63,449 nucleotides of DNA, filler included, from Folioceros fuciformis (GCA_049999805.1; 6 parts of 6 records of this genome joined end to end with filler, not necessarily neighbours in it), one strand, 5' to 3'. Numbered from the whole stretch's first letter, positions 47,897-61,403 are shown. Numbers and translations are program-made. The notes: generated by a model from the sequence alone, not told the origin.

Positions 47897-49169
47897 CTAA
47901 GACCACCAGGGGTCCTCGCCTGTCCTGAAGTCGGTTTCGACCCAGGGTGACAAAATAACCTTGTCGTCGACGATGTCACAGTGTGCCAGCGCCAGGGACT
48001 GCAAACAAGGACGAGAAAGGAATTCGAGGTGACGAGCTCAGGATATGGCAATCCAAGAAATTACTGTAGTGTGTAGACAAGGGGCATGTTCTTCATACCA
48101 GGGGAGCAGGTCCTCGGACAACCTTGCCCTGGTTGTTGTACTGCGACCCGTGGCAAGGGCAGATGAACTTCTTTTCAGCTGCGTTGTAAGGCACAACGCA
48201 TCCCAAGTGAGTGCAAACGGCGTTCACACCGTAGGTGGCGAGCGTACCGTCGTTCTCGATCACCAAATAGGTGGGGTCACCCTACCAAGCAGAAGGTGCA
48301 CAGAATTAGGTCTCCGTCGCGATGTGTGACGTCACTGTCACTCAGCTGGAAACGAGCTTCCGCTCACCTTCAAGCCTTGGCTGAGAGTCCTATCACCGGG
48401 CCCGTGCGTACTCAACCACGCGGCCGCGGTGATGTCGTTGCCGAGAGCGTCCTTGGCAACCAATCCCGCGCCACCGCCTCCCGAGCTGGGATCAATCCAA
48501 TATCGGCGTCCAGTTCTTTACTCACCGTCCTCACATGTTCCAGGACAGCGATGCAACAAATTCAAGGGAGAGCGCACTCACCTCGGGGGAACAAGGAAGT
48601 AGACGAAGGGGCCGAGGAGTCCGACGGAGGGAAGCGACACGGCACCGAGCAAGAGCAAGTTCATCAGGTTCCGCTTCCCCATATCCGGCACCCGGGCAGG
48701 TACTGCAGAGCAGACGATCCTCGACCCTTGCTTTCTCTTGCATGAGAAGTTTTTCAGGGGAGCGAAGGCCAGTGCTTGAGTGGAGGCGGACACTCCATTG
48801 CTTGACGACGCTACCTGGACAGGGATCACAAAGAACAAAATGACAAAACGGGTAAAGTGTCATCAATTCCAAACGCCAGTTCAACCCAACCGCTCACTCC
48901 TCCAAGACATGAGCTCCATTCCAGGCATCCCGATCCCTTTCACATCCTTCCTCCGTTGTCAATCCTTCCTCCTCCCTACTACTTTCGGAAGCGGCCGCAG
49001 TCAACACTCAATCTGATACCGATCTCAAGCAACCTGCTCCATTCTCAGACGACAACAGCAGGTACAATGCACAGAGGGCACGCCAGCGAGGTTCCTGGAA
49101 CGATTTACGCACCTTAAGCGCAGCTGGCGAGGCCGCCACTCCCGCCACAGCACTGGAAACGGCGGCCAT
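47897..49169 (-). CDS. petC: Cytochrome b6f Rieske Fe-S protein, 5 exons, with plastid transit peptide
   Basis: [62 protein letters not shown] and [15 protein letters not shown]. Confidence 0.97.
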
Positions 49170-49714
49170 GGCTAACTGTTGCAACGCTCCGTGCTTCAAC
49201 GTGAGCCTCTGCTGTGCAGTTGCGAGGTATGCAGCTAGCGGTATCTACAGCAAATGGGCGTGATTTGACGTCCCCAGAAGAGAGCGCGTGGAGGGAAAGA
49301 GGAGAAGCCTGAGGACCACAGGCCAGGAGCCAGCGCTATCCCTCATCCTCCCCGCCACCGTCCGATGAGGCTTCATCTACGGTCGTGGTCGTCCACCGGC
49401 GTGTGCTTTTATATTTTTCTATAATTCACATTGGTGACACACATACCCAGGTTTCGATCAAGGTAAACACCGGATTGCAGCCGGCAACTTTATACAGTAG
49501 ATACACACGGTAGATAGAACGGTAAGGTCGATTCGTCCAGGCCTGGATGGCACACATACATGTCAGCTCGATAACCTACAGGGTCCCAGCGCAACAATTA
49601 CCATTTTCAGTACGTATAGGCACCTAGTAGCTATCTAAATTAGCTACTTTGACAAGCAAGATACAGAGCTTGAATTCCCGGACTTGTCCCACTCTTTTTT
49701 GTGGCATTTGGATA

Positions 49715-51526
49715 TTAAACGGACGACGGAGACCGAACCGAGTCCCGACCCGGGTTTGCTACTCCAGTGGTGTTTTCGGCGACGAGCTTCTGCAAATTCC
49801 GAATTTCTCGTCTTAGCTGCAGCACTTCCGCAGATACATCCGTGGCTTTAAGGTCCTGGCGGAGCTGCTTAACCTCTTGCTCCAACCCCTTGATCTTGGC
49901 CTCCTGCTCCTTGAGAGTCAGGGTGATGGTTGACACGTCGACAGCTTCGGATCTCTGGGCGAGGGAGAGTGCCTGGACGTAGCACGCAAAAAAATGTTAG
50001 ACACAAGGGGAGCCATGCAGAAATGGGAGAATGAGCGGGAGCCACCGGGTCATACAGCACAGAAGGGGTCAGTGACTTGTTTGCAGCCCTTAACAACACC
50101 TGCAAGAGGTCTTGACCGGTGGGTATCACATATAATCTCTGTTGCTTGTAAAACTGGGATCTAGCGACCTGCACAATTGAGATGTGGGACAGTTTCAAGA
50201 CAACCCTTCCTGAACACGCCTTGCAGCAGGCATCTGAGTGGCTGTCATGACAAAAACGAGTCCCTCGGATTTCCACACGTCACACACACATGCGGCCGGG
50301 TGCAAATCAAGGACACGCAGAGTAAGAAGCAGGCATGGGCCAACCAACCCTATCATACCCGAACCTTCCCTACCCTACCAGACCCTAACCTACCTGCCCC
50401 TATACACCTCCCTGTCTAGATTGGGCAGCAGGTTGATGAGAAAGCTCAGGCACACATTGAAGGAACGGAGGCCGCGGCTGATAAGGCTGCTGCTAAAGTT
50501 AATGATTCCTCGCATTCACACGGACGGACTGGAAAGAGGAGTTGATAGAAAGTAGAGGAAACGACAACGCACCTTCTCGAGCAAGAGGATTTTCTGGCCT
50601 TGGTTGCTGACGAAGACCTCCTGCTTGGTGACGCTTTGTAGCACAAACTGCAAGTGCTGACCTAGTAAGTCTGTACAATGCTGATCCACCACGCCCTGGG
50701 GCACTGACGAGCCGCAGCCGACTTGCTTGAAGGGACAATTGACCAGCTTCATGGGACAGACTGTGACACAGTGCTTGTCCATATCTCCCCGCTGAACCCT
50801 AGACTTGCAGCCCTGTTCGCAGAGCAGCAATTTGTAAGGGCAGGAGGCATCGTGACCGTCCGCGTGCACAGCTGAGAAGACGGCGCCGCAGCCATCGTTC
50901 TCGCAAGTCATGGGCCGAAGTGCGCAGTTGGCTTTGTGCTCCGCCAATTCCTCGCTGCTCTCGAAGCGCATCTCGCAGTGATAGTTGAGGGAGCGATCGA
51001 CGCGCTTGAGCAACAGCTTGGCCATGGACTCCCGCCTGCCGACCATCCATATCCCGCCGCGGTCCAGCTCCGCCACGAAGTCCTCGATCTTGTCGTCCTT
51101 CTTCTCGCTGTAGAGAATTTTGCTGGACACCCGACTGAAGAGGTTTTTCTTGGAGCGCACAAAACTCTCGAGCATGTCCTCCACCACCTTGTACGGGAGC
51201 ACAAGGTTCCCGGACTTGACATCCGGCGGCTGCGATCCCGCGGACGCATGCGCGTCCAGCTGGTGCTGCAAATACTCCAGCATGTCCTTCTTCACATCCG
51301 TCACCACGGAGCCGGGGTGGTTGAAAGGGTCGCCAGCCGTCTTCTCCACGCATGCCGTGGCAAGAGTGATGAGCAGGGACTGAGTGATGCGCTCCACCTG
51401 CTCCACATCATAATAGCCGCACTCCTGCAGCACAGGCTGGAGCGGCGCCGCGTCTCCAGACTTCTCGACCCCCGGCGGGGCGACCGCCACGCCTGCTGCT
51501 CCCCTCAGCGATCCAAAGGACAGCAT
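49715..51526 (-). CDS. TRAF-like zinc-finger protein with C-terminal coiled coil, 2 exons, 600-bp intron 49973-50572
   Basis: LATACVEKTAGDPF; repeated C/H zinc-finger units (HKANCALRPMTCENDGC, HDASCPYKLLLCEQGC, HCVTVCPMKLVNCPF..GC); in-phase splice LLEK|ALSL. Confidence 0.82.
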
Positions 51527-52075
51527 GAATCCTGGCTACTGTTGTGGAGTGCGATCATCCCAGGTCGGCCCGCCCGGGGTCCGATCCGCCGCAATTGCCT
51601 TTCAAATCACACCTCAACTCGATCAAGCAACCACTCACCTCGCCTCCGGATCCCTCCACTGACACCGAACGCACAAGAGCACCGAAACAAGCAACAAACA
51701 AGTCACACACGCACTAGCTCCAGGCGACCGATCCGAATCCCCGGATCAGCTACTGCACATACCGCAATTGGTACCAAATTTCGCAGCCCTAGCAGGTCCA
51801 ATCACAATCCTTCAACCACTGACTCACAATTGCTCCTCCCAACCGCAGCAGTAGCTGCAGAAGAAGCACAAGCACAAGGCACGGAGAGTGATCCGGCAGC
51901 AGCAGCAGCAGCGATGCGGCACACAAATCCACGCCCCCCGGAGGTCGTGGTAGGGTTGATCTACAGTGCGAGGCGAGAAGAGGCGGGGCTCGTCACGTTC
52001 GAGGCGCCTCACGCAGCCGCAAGATTATATTATATAGGAAAACGAGGGGACAAGGCCCGCTACCGCTCCGACTCC

Positions 52076-52175
52076 NNNNNNNNNNNNNNNNNNNNNNNNN
52101 NNNNNNNNNNNNNNNNNNNTTAATTAATTAANNNNNNNNNNNNNNNNNNNNNNNNNNNNNNNNNNNNNNNNNNNN
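52076..52175. other. Artificial scaffold linker
   Basis: N44-TTAATTAATTAA-N44. Confidence 0.97.
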
Positions 52176-52989
52176 TTCTTCTTCACTCAATCTCAAAGCA
52201 GGGGGGGTATAGTCCTTATAGGGGGTGGGCTAGGGGATTGGGGCCCCCTTCCTTTCTTCCGACCTTGTGGAGATGAAGGTCACTTCACTCCCAACGGCCC
52301 GATCCTATGCCTCATGTTGTAGTCCAGTTGAGCTTGAGCCGAACCAACTCCATGTGGTTCACCTACTCTCTAGACATAGGGACCGATTGGGGTCCAGGTA
52401 GCCACAGGTCTTCGGGCTCCAAACTAGCTGGTGGGGGAGCGCTTCGTAGGGGAACCCGCTTCCCTGCTAGCGCTGGAGCTTGAGTACTCCGTCGCATGGG
52501 GGTCGGCTCCTCCTTCGCCTGAGCCGTAACTGCCTTCTATTTCTTGGCCGAAGGAGGGCTGTCGACGGAGCTAGGCACCAAGGCATGGGCCATCGACGAC
52601 GACACCCCTGGCCCTTGGGTAGCCACCTCCTCTTCGGTGTTGTCCGAGATGGGCAGCGGTACAAGGGCCGTGGGCAAGGCCCTTGCCCACGGCCCTGTAC
52701 TTGGCACCGAGAGCTTCTTCTTAGGTGACGAGGCCGGGGTTGCAACCGGAGGAAGGGGAGCAAGTCGAGCCATAGTCACCTTCTCCAAGTCCTTCAAGAC
52801 TTTATGGTGTCCCCAGATATGGAACGGGAAGGGTATCAACCCGAAGGCAGGGGTTCGGGGCGTGGGGTGTAAGCGCCAAACGTACCTAGAGTAAGAGCTT
52901 GTGCTACAACCGTCTGGAGTTAGTTATGCCCGAGAAAGTCCATGATAACAGGTATGATACCGATTTGGATGTGATGCTTTGCCTGTCGA

Positions 52990-53340
52990 CTGCTCCAATT
53001 CGGAAGTCCATACTCGGCATGCCTTGGAGTTCGAAAAAGGCAAAAAGTTAATGAAGTTGAAAACAAAATCAAAACTGCTGTTGGACTGGAGTCTGAGGAC
53101 GTAGGGAGGTCCGTCACCCTACAGAGCGATGCTCCAATTATTTGAGGGTTTGCAATCTTCATCCCCCTTGCTCTTTAAAGTCCTATGCCGTGGCCAAGGA
53201 CATTTTCAGGTTTATCAAGGAGTGTATGAAAGCCGATTATAGCCACATGAATGAGAATCTCCCCATTTCCTCGGTAGTTTGCATTCTTTGGGCAACATGT
53301 CTCCATCGCGTTTACAAAGAGTATTGGCCAACATAGTTTA
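52990..53340 (+). mobile_element. Possible L1-type LINE remnant (region after RT)
   Basis: ILGMPW ... VENKIK ... GRSVTLQS resembles the YLGxP...GRxTLxxS region of LINE ORF2; heavily degraded. Confidence 0.3.
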
Positions 53341-55211
53341 AAGGACAACAAGTGCAAGTCTCATAGCTCATTAGTACTGATGGTAGCTAGGATTTTTTGT
53401 CACACATTATGAAAGCTTTAGATAGATATGGGAGTGATCTTTCATGGGGGCTAATCCCTCTTTCCACTTTCAACCTACTTTACGTTGTTCCTCCTCATTT
53501 TTTAGAAGATAGAACATCATATCTCGTTTCAATAAAATAAATTGAATCGTTTCCTCTATCATACTCTACCTCTACAAATCTTCTTAACTTGTTTACTTTC
53601 AAGATTGTCAACTACTCTCTTACTACTTTAGCTTAATAATCTTGAACTTGGAGGATGAGGCAACCAAACTACCTTTTGAAATACATAGTTAGGAAGGTAT
53701 TCCGTCCAAATGGGGTAATTTGCATGCTATTGTTCTACATCAAAAAATTACTCACAAATATTTGCTTGAACTCATCAATAGTTTTTGATACATTGAAACG
53801 TGGAACTTTCTCTAGAACAACCTATTTGAGCCAAGGACCTATCAAAAATGAGAAGTGCTTCAATTTCTTTAATACGTCCAAGAGTCGATGAGTAAGTAAA
53901 TAACATTCTCAATTATAAAATCTCTCAATGTTCATAATATTATAGAGTATTTTTTTATTATTGAAAAAGAAATGGAAAGTCCATAATAAGATATTTCAAT
54001 CTTAATTCAAACCCTAAACTATTATTTGTATCCTTTGTTGATATATTAATTTATAAATATATTTTGCAAGCTTTAAAGAATGCAGAAGGTTAAAACAACT
54101 TTTCCCAATTTGCTCTTACTTCCTTGAAGCCCCTACAAATATTATGGTTGCTCTCAAATTCTTAAATCATAACTCACAAAGAACTCTTTGAAACAAAATG
54201 ATTGGAATTCATATAAGGATCCGACGGAGTGCTGATGGCATCAAGTAAGCTCTATCTATATGATTCTTTAGTGCATCCAATATATGCCGACCTAGTTCAC
54301 CTTCTTCAATAGGGCAAAGCATAATATGATTCAGCCAAATCCATTAAGAAAGAAAAAAGAAAAAAAATGAGCGATTAGCTCATTAAGCTCAATGGTAGAA
54401 TAGAGTTAGGATTTATGCCCCACTAGTGGAATATAAATTCACCTCCCAAAAATCCCATCTTATTAGAATATGTAACACTTCTCCTCACCCGCAACTTTAT
54501 GCAACAAAGAGTTAACAATGTATGATCATTTTCAATATTTAACAATTCCATCCATCACTTGACACCCTTTGAGACTTTCTATGCTCACTTTGTTCATGGC
54601 TCTCAATATTAATTCTTTACAAACATATAAGTCTTCAAGAAAGACATTTTCTTGAAGCCTCATGTAAAGAAGGTTGATAAAAAAAATTCTTAAGTTTTCA
54701 GCTTATAATAGACACAAATGTGTTCACAAGAGGCACAAATACTTTTGGAATGCGATTGAGATTACGGACTCCATTTACAATAACTGTACTTAACATGTAA
54801 GTGAAGTGAATTTAAAAAAGTTGTTAAGCATGATAAATTGTATGCTGACACATAAGGTGTTTATATAATTGTGGAGTGAAATCTTGTGTCCAGAGACACT
54901 GTGAGGTCCACATTCAGCCTCGATGTCATTGTAGTCGTATGATTCNNNNNNNNNNNNNNNNNNNNNNNNNNNNNNNNNNNNNNNNNNNNNNNNNNNNNNN
55001 NNNNNNNNNNNNNNNNNNNNNNNNNNNNNNNNNNNNNNNNNNNNNCCACTACTACTGACCCTTACCTAAGTTAGGACTCCCCCACTACCGGCCCTACTAC
55101 CTACCTACTCATCTACTACTACCCCCAGCTAGCTTAGCTACCATGGACCCTACTCTCCCTAACTAATATTTTTCTGGCACATGTGCCGCCACGAGCTTCC
55201 ACCACAGGTCT

Positions 55212-57685
55212 TGTTACGGAATGGATAATCTGCCCGTAACCCTGCCAACTAGCTAATTACCGTAGACCGTAATTAATAGTATTTAATAATCACAAACGGG
55301 TGTGCCTTTCGGAAGAGACACCCAGTGACACTATTTAAGACACTTTGTATACACTTTTGGCAGCTAAACACGAAATATCTTTTTGAGCATTGCATCTCGA
55401 TCGCGCTAGACTAGTTGCAATCCTAATCATGCTAGATTAGATGCAATCCTACTGCTAGGATTTTATCATGGTATAGAGCTTCTTTTATAATTGTCTCTGC
55501 ACTATGGTCGGGCATCTATTGTCGAGGAGTGTACGACCTCTCGGCGACCCCCTCCATAGATCTGTAGAAGACAGCATGGACCCAATCCATCAGTTGAGAG
55601 CAAATCCAAATTGATGGATGACAAAAAAAAGCCTGCACCCTAGAATGTCTAGGAAAGGCAAGGCACTTAGGCCTCTGCAACAATATATATATATATAAAA
55701 AGGGGGGGCCTAGATTTAGCTCCCAATCTAGATCCTGATCCAACTTCGGGGCCCTAAATCCTGGAGTTCTGATAGAGTTCATGCTATCAGCCCCGCCCCT
55801 TAATGGGCACGGAAATGTTTGTCCCCACGCGAGATATTATCAGTTACACCCTATCGGTGGCCTTAAAAAGGAGACGGGGGGAAGGCGTGGTGCCCTCCGC
55901 CTCGTCTTTGCCATCTTGATTCAGCCTCGATTCCTGCTGCATCTGCTCACCATGGCCCCAAGACTGGAGGATGCGTGTTTGATCCCTTGTTGTTCCCAAT
56001 TCATGGCTGCCACTCACCATTGCTCCAAGCGAAGGAGACAGCGAGCAACGTTGACAGGAAACAAGGAGATTGCCACTCACCCACTGCGTTTCCCCCTTCA
56101 CAGCAGCAGGCGGGCTATACAGTCACGGGAGCCATGGTGCCCCTCCCGTTGCTGCATCTGCAGATCATCTGAGATCACAACCAAGTTACTTCCATCGAGA
56201 ATTGAGGGGAATCTGTGCAAACATGCAAGATTAGAGGGAATGGATGCAATCTTGATGGATTCTGGTCGGAAACTCCCCTAATCAACACACGGCGCACTAC
56301 AGGAGGTGGAGCCCCAACCCAAGGATCCAGCCCTTGCAGCAGATTGCACTAGCAACCTGCTGCAGGTGCTGGAGGCAAGGTGCAACGAGGCGCAAGTTGG
56401 TGCGAGGTGCAAGAGGCAACAAGGTGCCCTTGCCTCGCTGCCTCCCTGGTTCGCCCGCAGGCAAACTGTTATCCAAATTAAGTTGGATAACGGTTCAGGT
56501 GAGGGGGGGGACAACGAAACGGGGTGTCCCATTTCATGGAATGGCACACCCGTTCAACAGAACGGCACACCCGTTCAATGGAATGACGCGCCCATTCCGA
56601 ACGGGTGCCACCCCGTTACTCTCCAATGGGTCTAACATGTTTTTTTCTTTGACACTTTTTTTTTCGCCAGCACCTGTGAAAAAAGAAAGAAAGAAGAGGA
56701 AGACGCTGAACGTGAAGCATGTCCATACCCCAAGAGAAATTAAAAGTAAGCAAGAGAGGGATAATTATTTTCTTCGAGGATCTTCTGTCGGCACTTGTGG
56801 AGGAGGGACCCTTCAGTTTTTCATTCACCTGCACACCAACAGCCTGTGATGAGGACTCAACCTGATGTCCTATGACCACAACTCACGGAGACATGGTGAA
56901 TCAGCTTATACAACACTTCAACTTGCTTTCTGCTTGACACTACTGGCTACCATGGCTAGTACTCCCTCCACCGGCTCGATTCCCATCTTCACCGACCACA
57001 TTAGAGAGAAAGACTGATTCAACAGCTAGCACTACCCTGTGTGGCGCGTTCGGATGAAGTCGATCCTCATTGGCCAAAGCGTTTGGAAGATCGTCGATGG
57101 CACCCTTCCAAAGCCCAACCCTTCTGCCACTCCACCCCCGCCAATCGTTGTCGTTGAGAGATGGGACTATTTGAATGGGATACCTATGGCACTCCTGATT
57201 AGCGGCCTGGATTCAAGTCTTGTGCCTAGTGTTGAATTTCTCTCAGATGCATCTGCCATCTGGGACCAGTTGTCTAACACCTACAATGTTAACAAGGCTC
57301 TAACCTTGTATAGTATAAGGTAGGAATTCAACTCCTTAAGGATGGAGAAAGATACGATCTCTGCTCACACCTTGAAGTTCAAACAGCTGCGAGGGCAGCT
57401 CGCCTCCCTTGGCTCAACCATGTCGAATACCGATGCCGCTACATAGCTGCTAATGAGCTTACCACCATCTTACCAGAATTTTGTTACCAGCCTGATGTTG
57501 GTATCAACTTAGGGTAAGGTAGGTACCGCCCCCACCCTAACAGTGGAGGACATCATCGGTGTTCTGTATCAGCAGAAGCAGAGCCGCTTATGTTCTGCAA
57601 GAGGGTCCAAGCCCGAGGCAGACAGGGCGCTTTCCACCCGATTCAAACTCGGGAGGAATTCGAAGGGCGAGGCAAACTTCACCCC
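55212..57685 (+). mobile_element. 5' part of an old Copia element: LTR (~55212-55468), degenerate Met PBS, long leader, gag pseudogene 56952-57685
   Basis: TG...TATCA then TGGTATAGAGC; gag YPVWRVRMKSILIGQSVWKIVDG...AIWDQLSNTY...LLMSLPPSYQNFVTSL with several in-frame stops. Confidence 0.72.
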
Positions 57686-59901
57686 TGTAGGACCACTAGA
57701 GGAGCATGGTGGAGGAGAGGAGAAGAGGAGGCAGAGAGGAGAGGAGAAAAAGAGGTCACATTGAGAGTAGTTGGCAAGGGAGCTCAAGGGGGTATTTATA
57801 CCCTCTAGAAGAGCTCCCTAGGAAGCTTCACAAGAAGCTCACAGGAAGCTGCGCAAGAAGCTTCCTACAGATTAGCTTAAGCTAATCTAAACTAATGATA
57901 CTTAACTAAACACTAATCTTAGACTAAACACATTAGTCTAAGCACATTAACTAGACACTAATCTTAGACTAAACACATTAGCCTAAGCACATTGGGCTTT
58001 AATAACCCTACAACCTCCCACTTAAAGGCCAATTTACCTTCATAAGAGAGTGGTCTAGCTCATGCCCATGAGTGTCCGAGCTTGTGCGAATTGCTCTGTA
58101 GAGAGCTCCTTGGTAAGAACATCTGCAGGGTTCTGACTGGTATGAACTTTGACAAGCTGTACCCTCGTCTTCCAACACCTTTCGAATGAAGTGATACTTC
58201 ACTTCCACATGTTTGGTCTTCGCATGAAACACTGGATTCTTCGCCAACTGGATAGCACTCAGGCTATCACAATGCAACACTGGCAGCTCACCCTTCATCC
58301 CCAAATCTCCCACTAAACGAGCAAGCCACATGGCTTCCTTGCAAGCCTCAGTCGCTGCAACATACTCGGACTCTGTGGTAGATAGCGTTATGCACGATTG
58401 CAAACGAGATCGGCATGAGACTGCCCCTCCAGTGCACATGAAGACATAACCTGATGTGGACCTCCTTTTGTCCATATCCCCTGCATAATCAGCATCCGTA
58501 TATCCCACTACAGATGCATCTTCACTACCAAAACATAAGCACAAAGCTTTTGTACCATTCAAATACCTCATAACTCCTTTCACTGCCTCCCAATGCTTCC
58601 TGCTAGGGTTTGACATGAACCTGCTAACCACTCCCACTGCAAAAGCAATGTCAGGACGTGTAGCAATCATTGCATATATCAAACTCCCTACAGCTGATGA
58701 GTATGGAACCTTCTCCATTTCAGCTTTATCCTCCGCAGAACTTGGGCAATCCTTGCTCGAAAGTTTCACATATGGAGGCAACGGAGTACTTAAGACCTTC
58801 CCCTTCTCCATATTGAAACGTTGAAGCACCTTGTTAATGTATTCTGTCTGAGACAAGTACATCAAACGCTTCTGTCTGTCTCGACGAATACGCATGCCAA
58901 GAATATGGCTTGCCTCCCCCAAGTCTGTCATGTCAAAGCGACCATTCAACTTTGACTGCAACCCTGAAATCTCATCAATGTTAGTCCCAGCAATTAGCAT
59001 ATCATCCACATAGAGGACTAGAATGAGCAAGCTTCCATCCTTAGCTTGCTTCGTATAGAGGCAATGATCCATATCGCTACGCTTGTAGCCTTGAGAAAGC
59101 ATAAATGAGTGGAACTTGAAATACCACTCCCTGGGTGCCTGCTTCAAACCATAAAGGCTCTNNNNNNNNNNNNNNNNNNNNNNNNNNNNNNNNNNNNNNN
59201 NNNNNNNNNNNNNNNNNNNNNNNNNNNNNNNNNNNNNNNNNNNNNNNNNNNNNNNNNNNNNCTTGAAATACCACTCCCTGGGTGCCTGCTTCAAACCATA
59301 AAGGCTCTCCTTTAACTTGCACACCAGACTCTCTTTGCCCTTCTCAATGAAACCCTCTGGTTGCTGCATGTATACCTCTTCCTGGAGATCACCATGCAGA
59401 AATGCCGACTTCACATCCATCTGGACAAGTTCCATGTCGTTCTTGCAACCAGACCAAGAACACATCTCAAGGTAGTCATTTTGACAACTGGTGAGAAAAT
59501 CTCATCAAAGTCAATACCTTGCTGTTGCNNNNNNNNNNNNNNNNNNNNNNNNNNNNNNNNNNNNNNNNNNNNNNNNNNNNNNNNNNNNNNNNNNNNNNNN
59601 NNNNNNNNNNNNNNNNNNNNNNNNNNNNCCATCTTCTTGGAAGACCACCCGTCGCACCTCCACAGTTGGAGTAGGCTTCTTGTGCATCTTGGTCTCATTG
59701 AAGAACACATCATTGCTACGAACCATCCTCTTGGCTTCTAGATCCCACAGACGGTATCCCATCTCACCAGATTCACCATAGCCAAGAAAAATACATTTTC
59801 TTGACTTGGGAGCCAACTTGTCGCGAAACTCCTTCGGAACATGGTAGTATGCCTCGCAGCCAAACACTCGTAGATGTTTGTATGACGGCTTCTTTCCAGA
59901 C
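57686..59901 (-). mobile_element. Copia element 3' part inserted in reverse into the gag above: integrase end, RT, RNase H, PPT, 3' LTR 57686-58012
   Basis: [84 protein letters not shown] termini TGTAGG...CCTACA. Confidence 0.93.
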
Positions 59902-60001
59902 NNNNNNNNNNNNNNNNNNNNNNNNNNNNNNNNNNNNNNNNNNNNTTAATTAATTAANNNNNNNNNNNNNNNNNNNNNNNNNNNNNNNNNNNNNNNNNNN
60001 N
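59902..60001. other. Artificial scaffold linker
   Basis: N44-TTAATTAATTAA-N44. Confidence 0.97.
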
Positions 60002-60290
60002 AGTGCGCCGGTAGACCGGCGCACTCCTTCCGGTGAAGCGATGAGTAGCAGGTGAACACCTAGATCGGGTATGGGGAAAGTGCATCAGAACTATTCAAAA
60101 TGAGTTAAGGTTAGGCCAACGCACAGTTAGGGCGAGGTAGCCTTTCTCTATGCGCACCCCCACAAGGGTGCTTATAAATAGCCAACCACAACTCTTTGCC
60201 AATAGTGTTCATATATATAAAGTGTGGAATACATGAAAGTACTTAACCGGTATAGTCTACGTTTCATGAAGTAGTCATGCGAGGTCGTCA

Positions 60291-61403
60291 TCAAAGTTCA
60301 TGTACATGGTTTTCTTGATCTTGCCTAAGCACGTACAAGTTCTTTTTTATAAGGTTTCGAGTGCGAGCGTGCAGCTGTTTTTGACGAGTCAACTCAAATC
60401 CATATGCTAAAATAAAAGTGTTCGCGACATATATTGTGTCAATATGCTTCCGAAGTCTTCTGCTTGGCCGTCGCTTACGTCGTCGTGTAGAACCCATGGC
60501 CAGGTCTTCATTCGGCAATATCATCTCGTCTTAATAACGGCCTTCAAATGCATCTGAACATTTCGTGACCCACCAATGGACTGTGATATTTTGAGTGTCA
60601 TTTTCCTTCTGCGTGTCCAGCACTTTCGCGATCCAAAAAGGCCTGTTGTCTACGTCTGCCTTGCATGGGGCAACAATCATGTGCCCTACTTCGATCTATG
60701 ATACATCTCCACTGAAGCTGTCAACATTGTTCCCAACGTGTGCGTCTTTTCTATACGGCCCCACATACATATCTCTTCTATGAACTTCTCATATCCGTGG
60801 GTTTTCCAACACCAAAGCATCTGGCACGAGTAACGGGGTGTTTACCAACTCTGCCTCATCGCGATTATACCATGGTCATGGCCAGTCATGATCTTGCTCT
60901 ACACTTGAATTAATAATTTGAACGATGGCCTCTTGCTCGGCCCAAAATGAATCCCACCAGATGTCTTCGCCCACACCTAAGTGCTGACGTAATTTGAACT
61001 CCAATCTTGATCGAATCTGGCACAGATTATATCCTGGGACATCGTCTGTAATACTCTTTTGTTTCCTACTCCTCACCTGCAGGTGCATCAGCGGAGCGGC
61101 TTTCATATTCCTCTCCGGAACTGCTTTCAGGAGTTCTATCCCTTCATCAGGCGACCAGTATTGATCAGTGGAATACTGTTTTCCTCTCATAACTGTAACA
61201 GGTCCACGATCTCCGCGACTCTCTTTTGTAATCTTGAACTGGTGTTGAAACGATATATTATGTAGCTGGTGAACCGCTGCAACACTCTGATATCCTGCTT
61301 TCCCATAGGATATAGGCCAAACAAACTTTCTGAAGTCTGGAACCTCCTTCACCTCGTCAACGTCTGGCACGGGGGTATAAGCGCCCTGCATAACTGCAAT
61401 CAA
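60291..61403 (-). pseudogene. C-terminal part of a probable transposon-encoded protein; single frame with 4 internal stops and a BAH/Tudor-like module
   Basis: The frame runs from 61403 to 60291, broken only by TGA/TGA/TAG/TAA; AYTPVPDV..V.DFRKF...ISFQHQFKI...KQY...W.P and IEVGHMIV...RPFWIAKV...ITVHWW. Confidence 0.45.

Noticed and set aside
48180..48195. petC CVVPYN instead of CVVPWN
   Set aside because: Aromatic substitution at this site occurs in other plant Rieske proteins, and all Fe-S ligands are intact.
50180..50191. snRNA USE-like GTCCCACATCT on the minus strand
   Set aside because: No correctly spaced TATA box and no recognisable snRNA downstream.
50936..52075. 395-aa plus-strand ORF
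   Set aside because: It is the antisense shadow of the GC3-rich TRAF-like CDS and runs into a linker.
59115..59308. Apparent duplications flanking 100-N gaps (also ~33560-33735)
   Set aside because: These are overlapping contig ends left unmerged by scaffolding, an assembly artefact.
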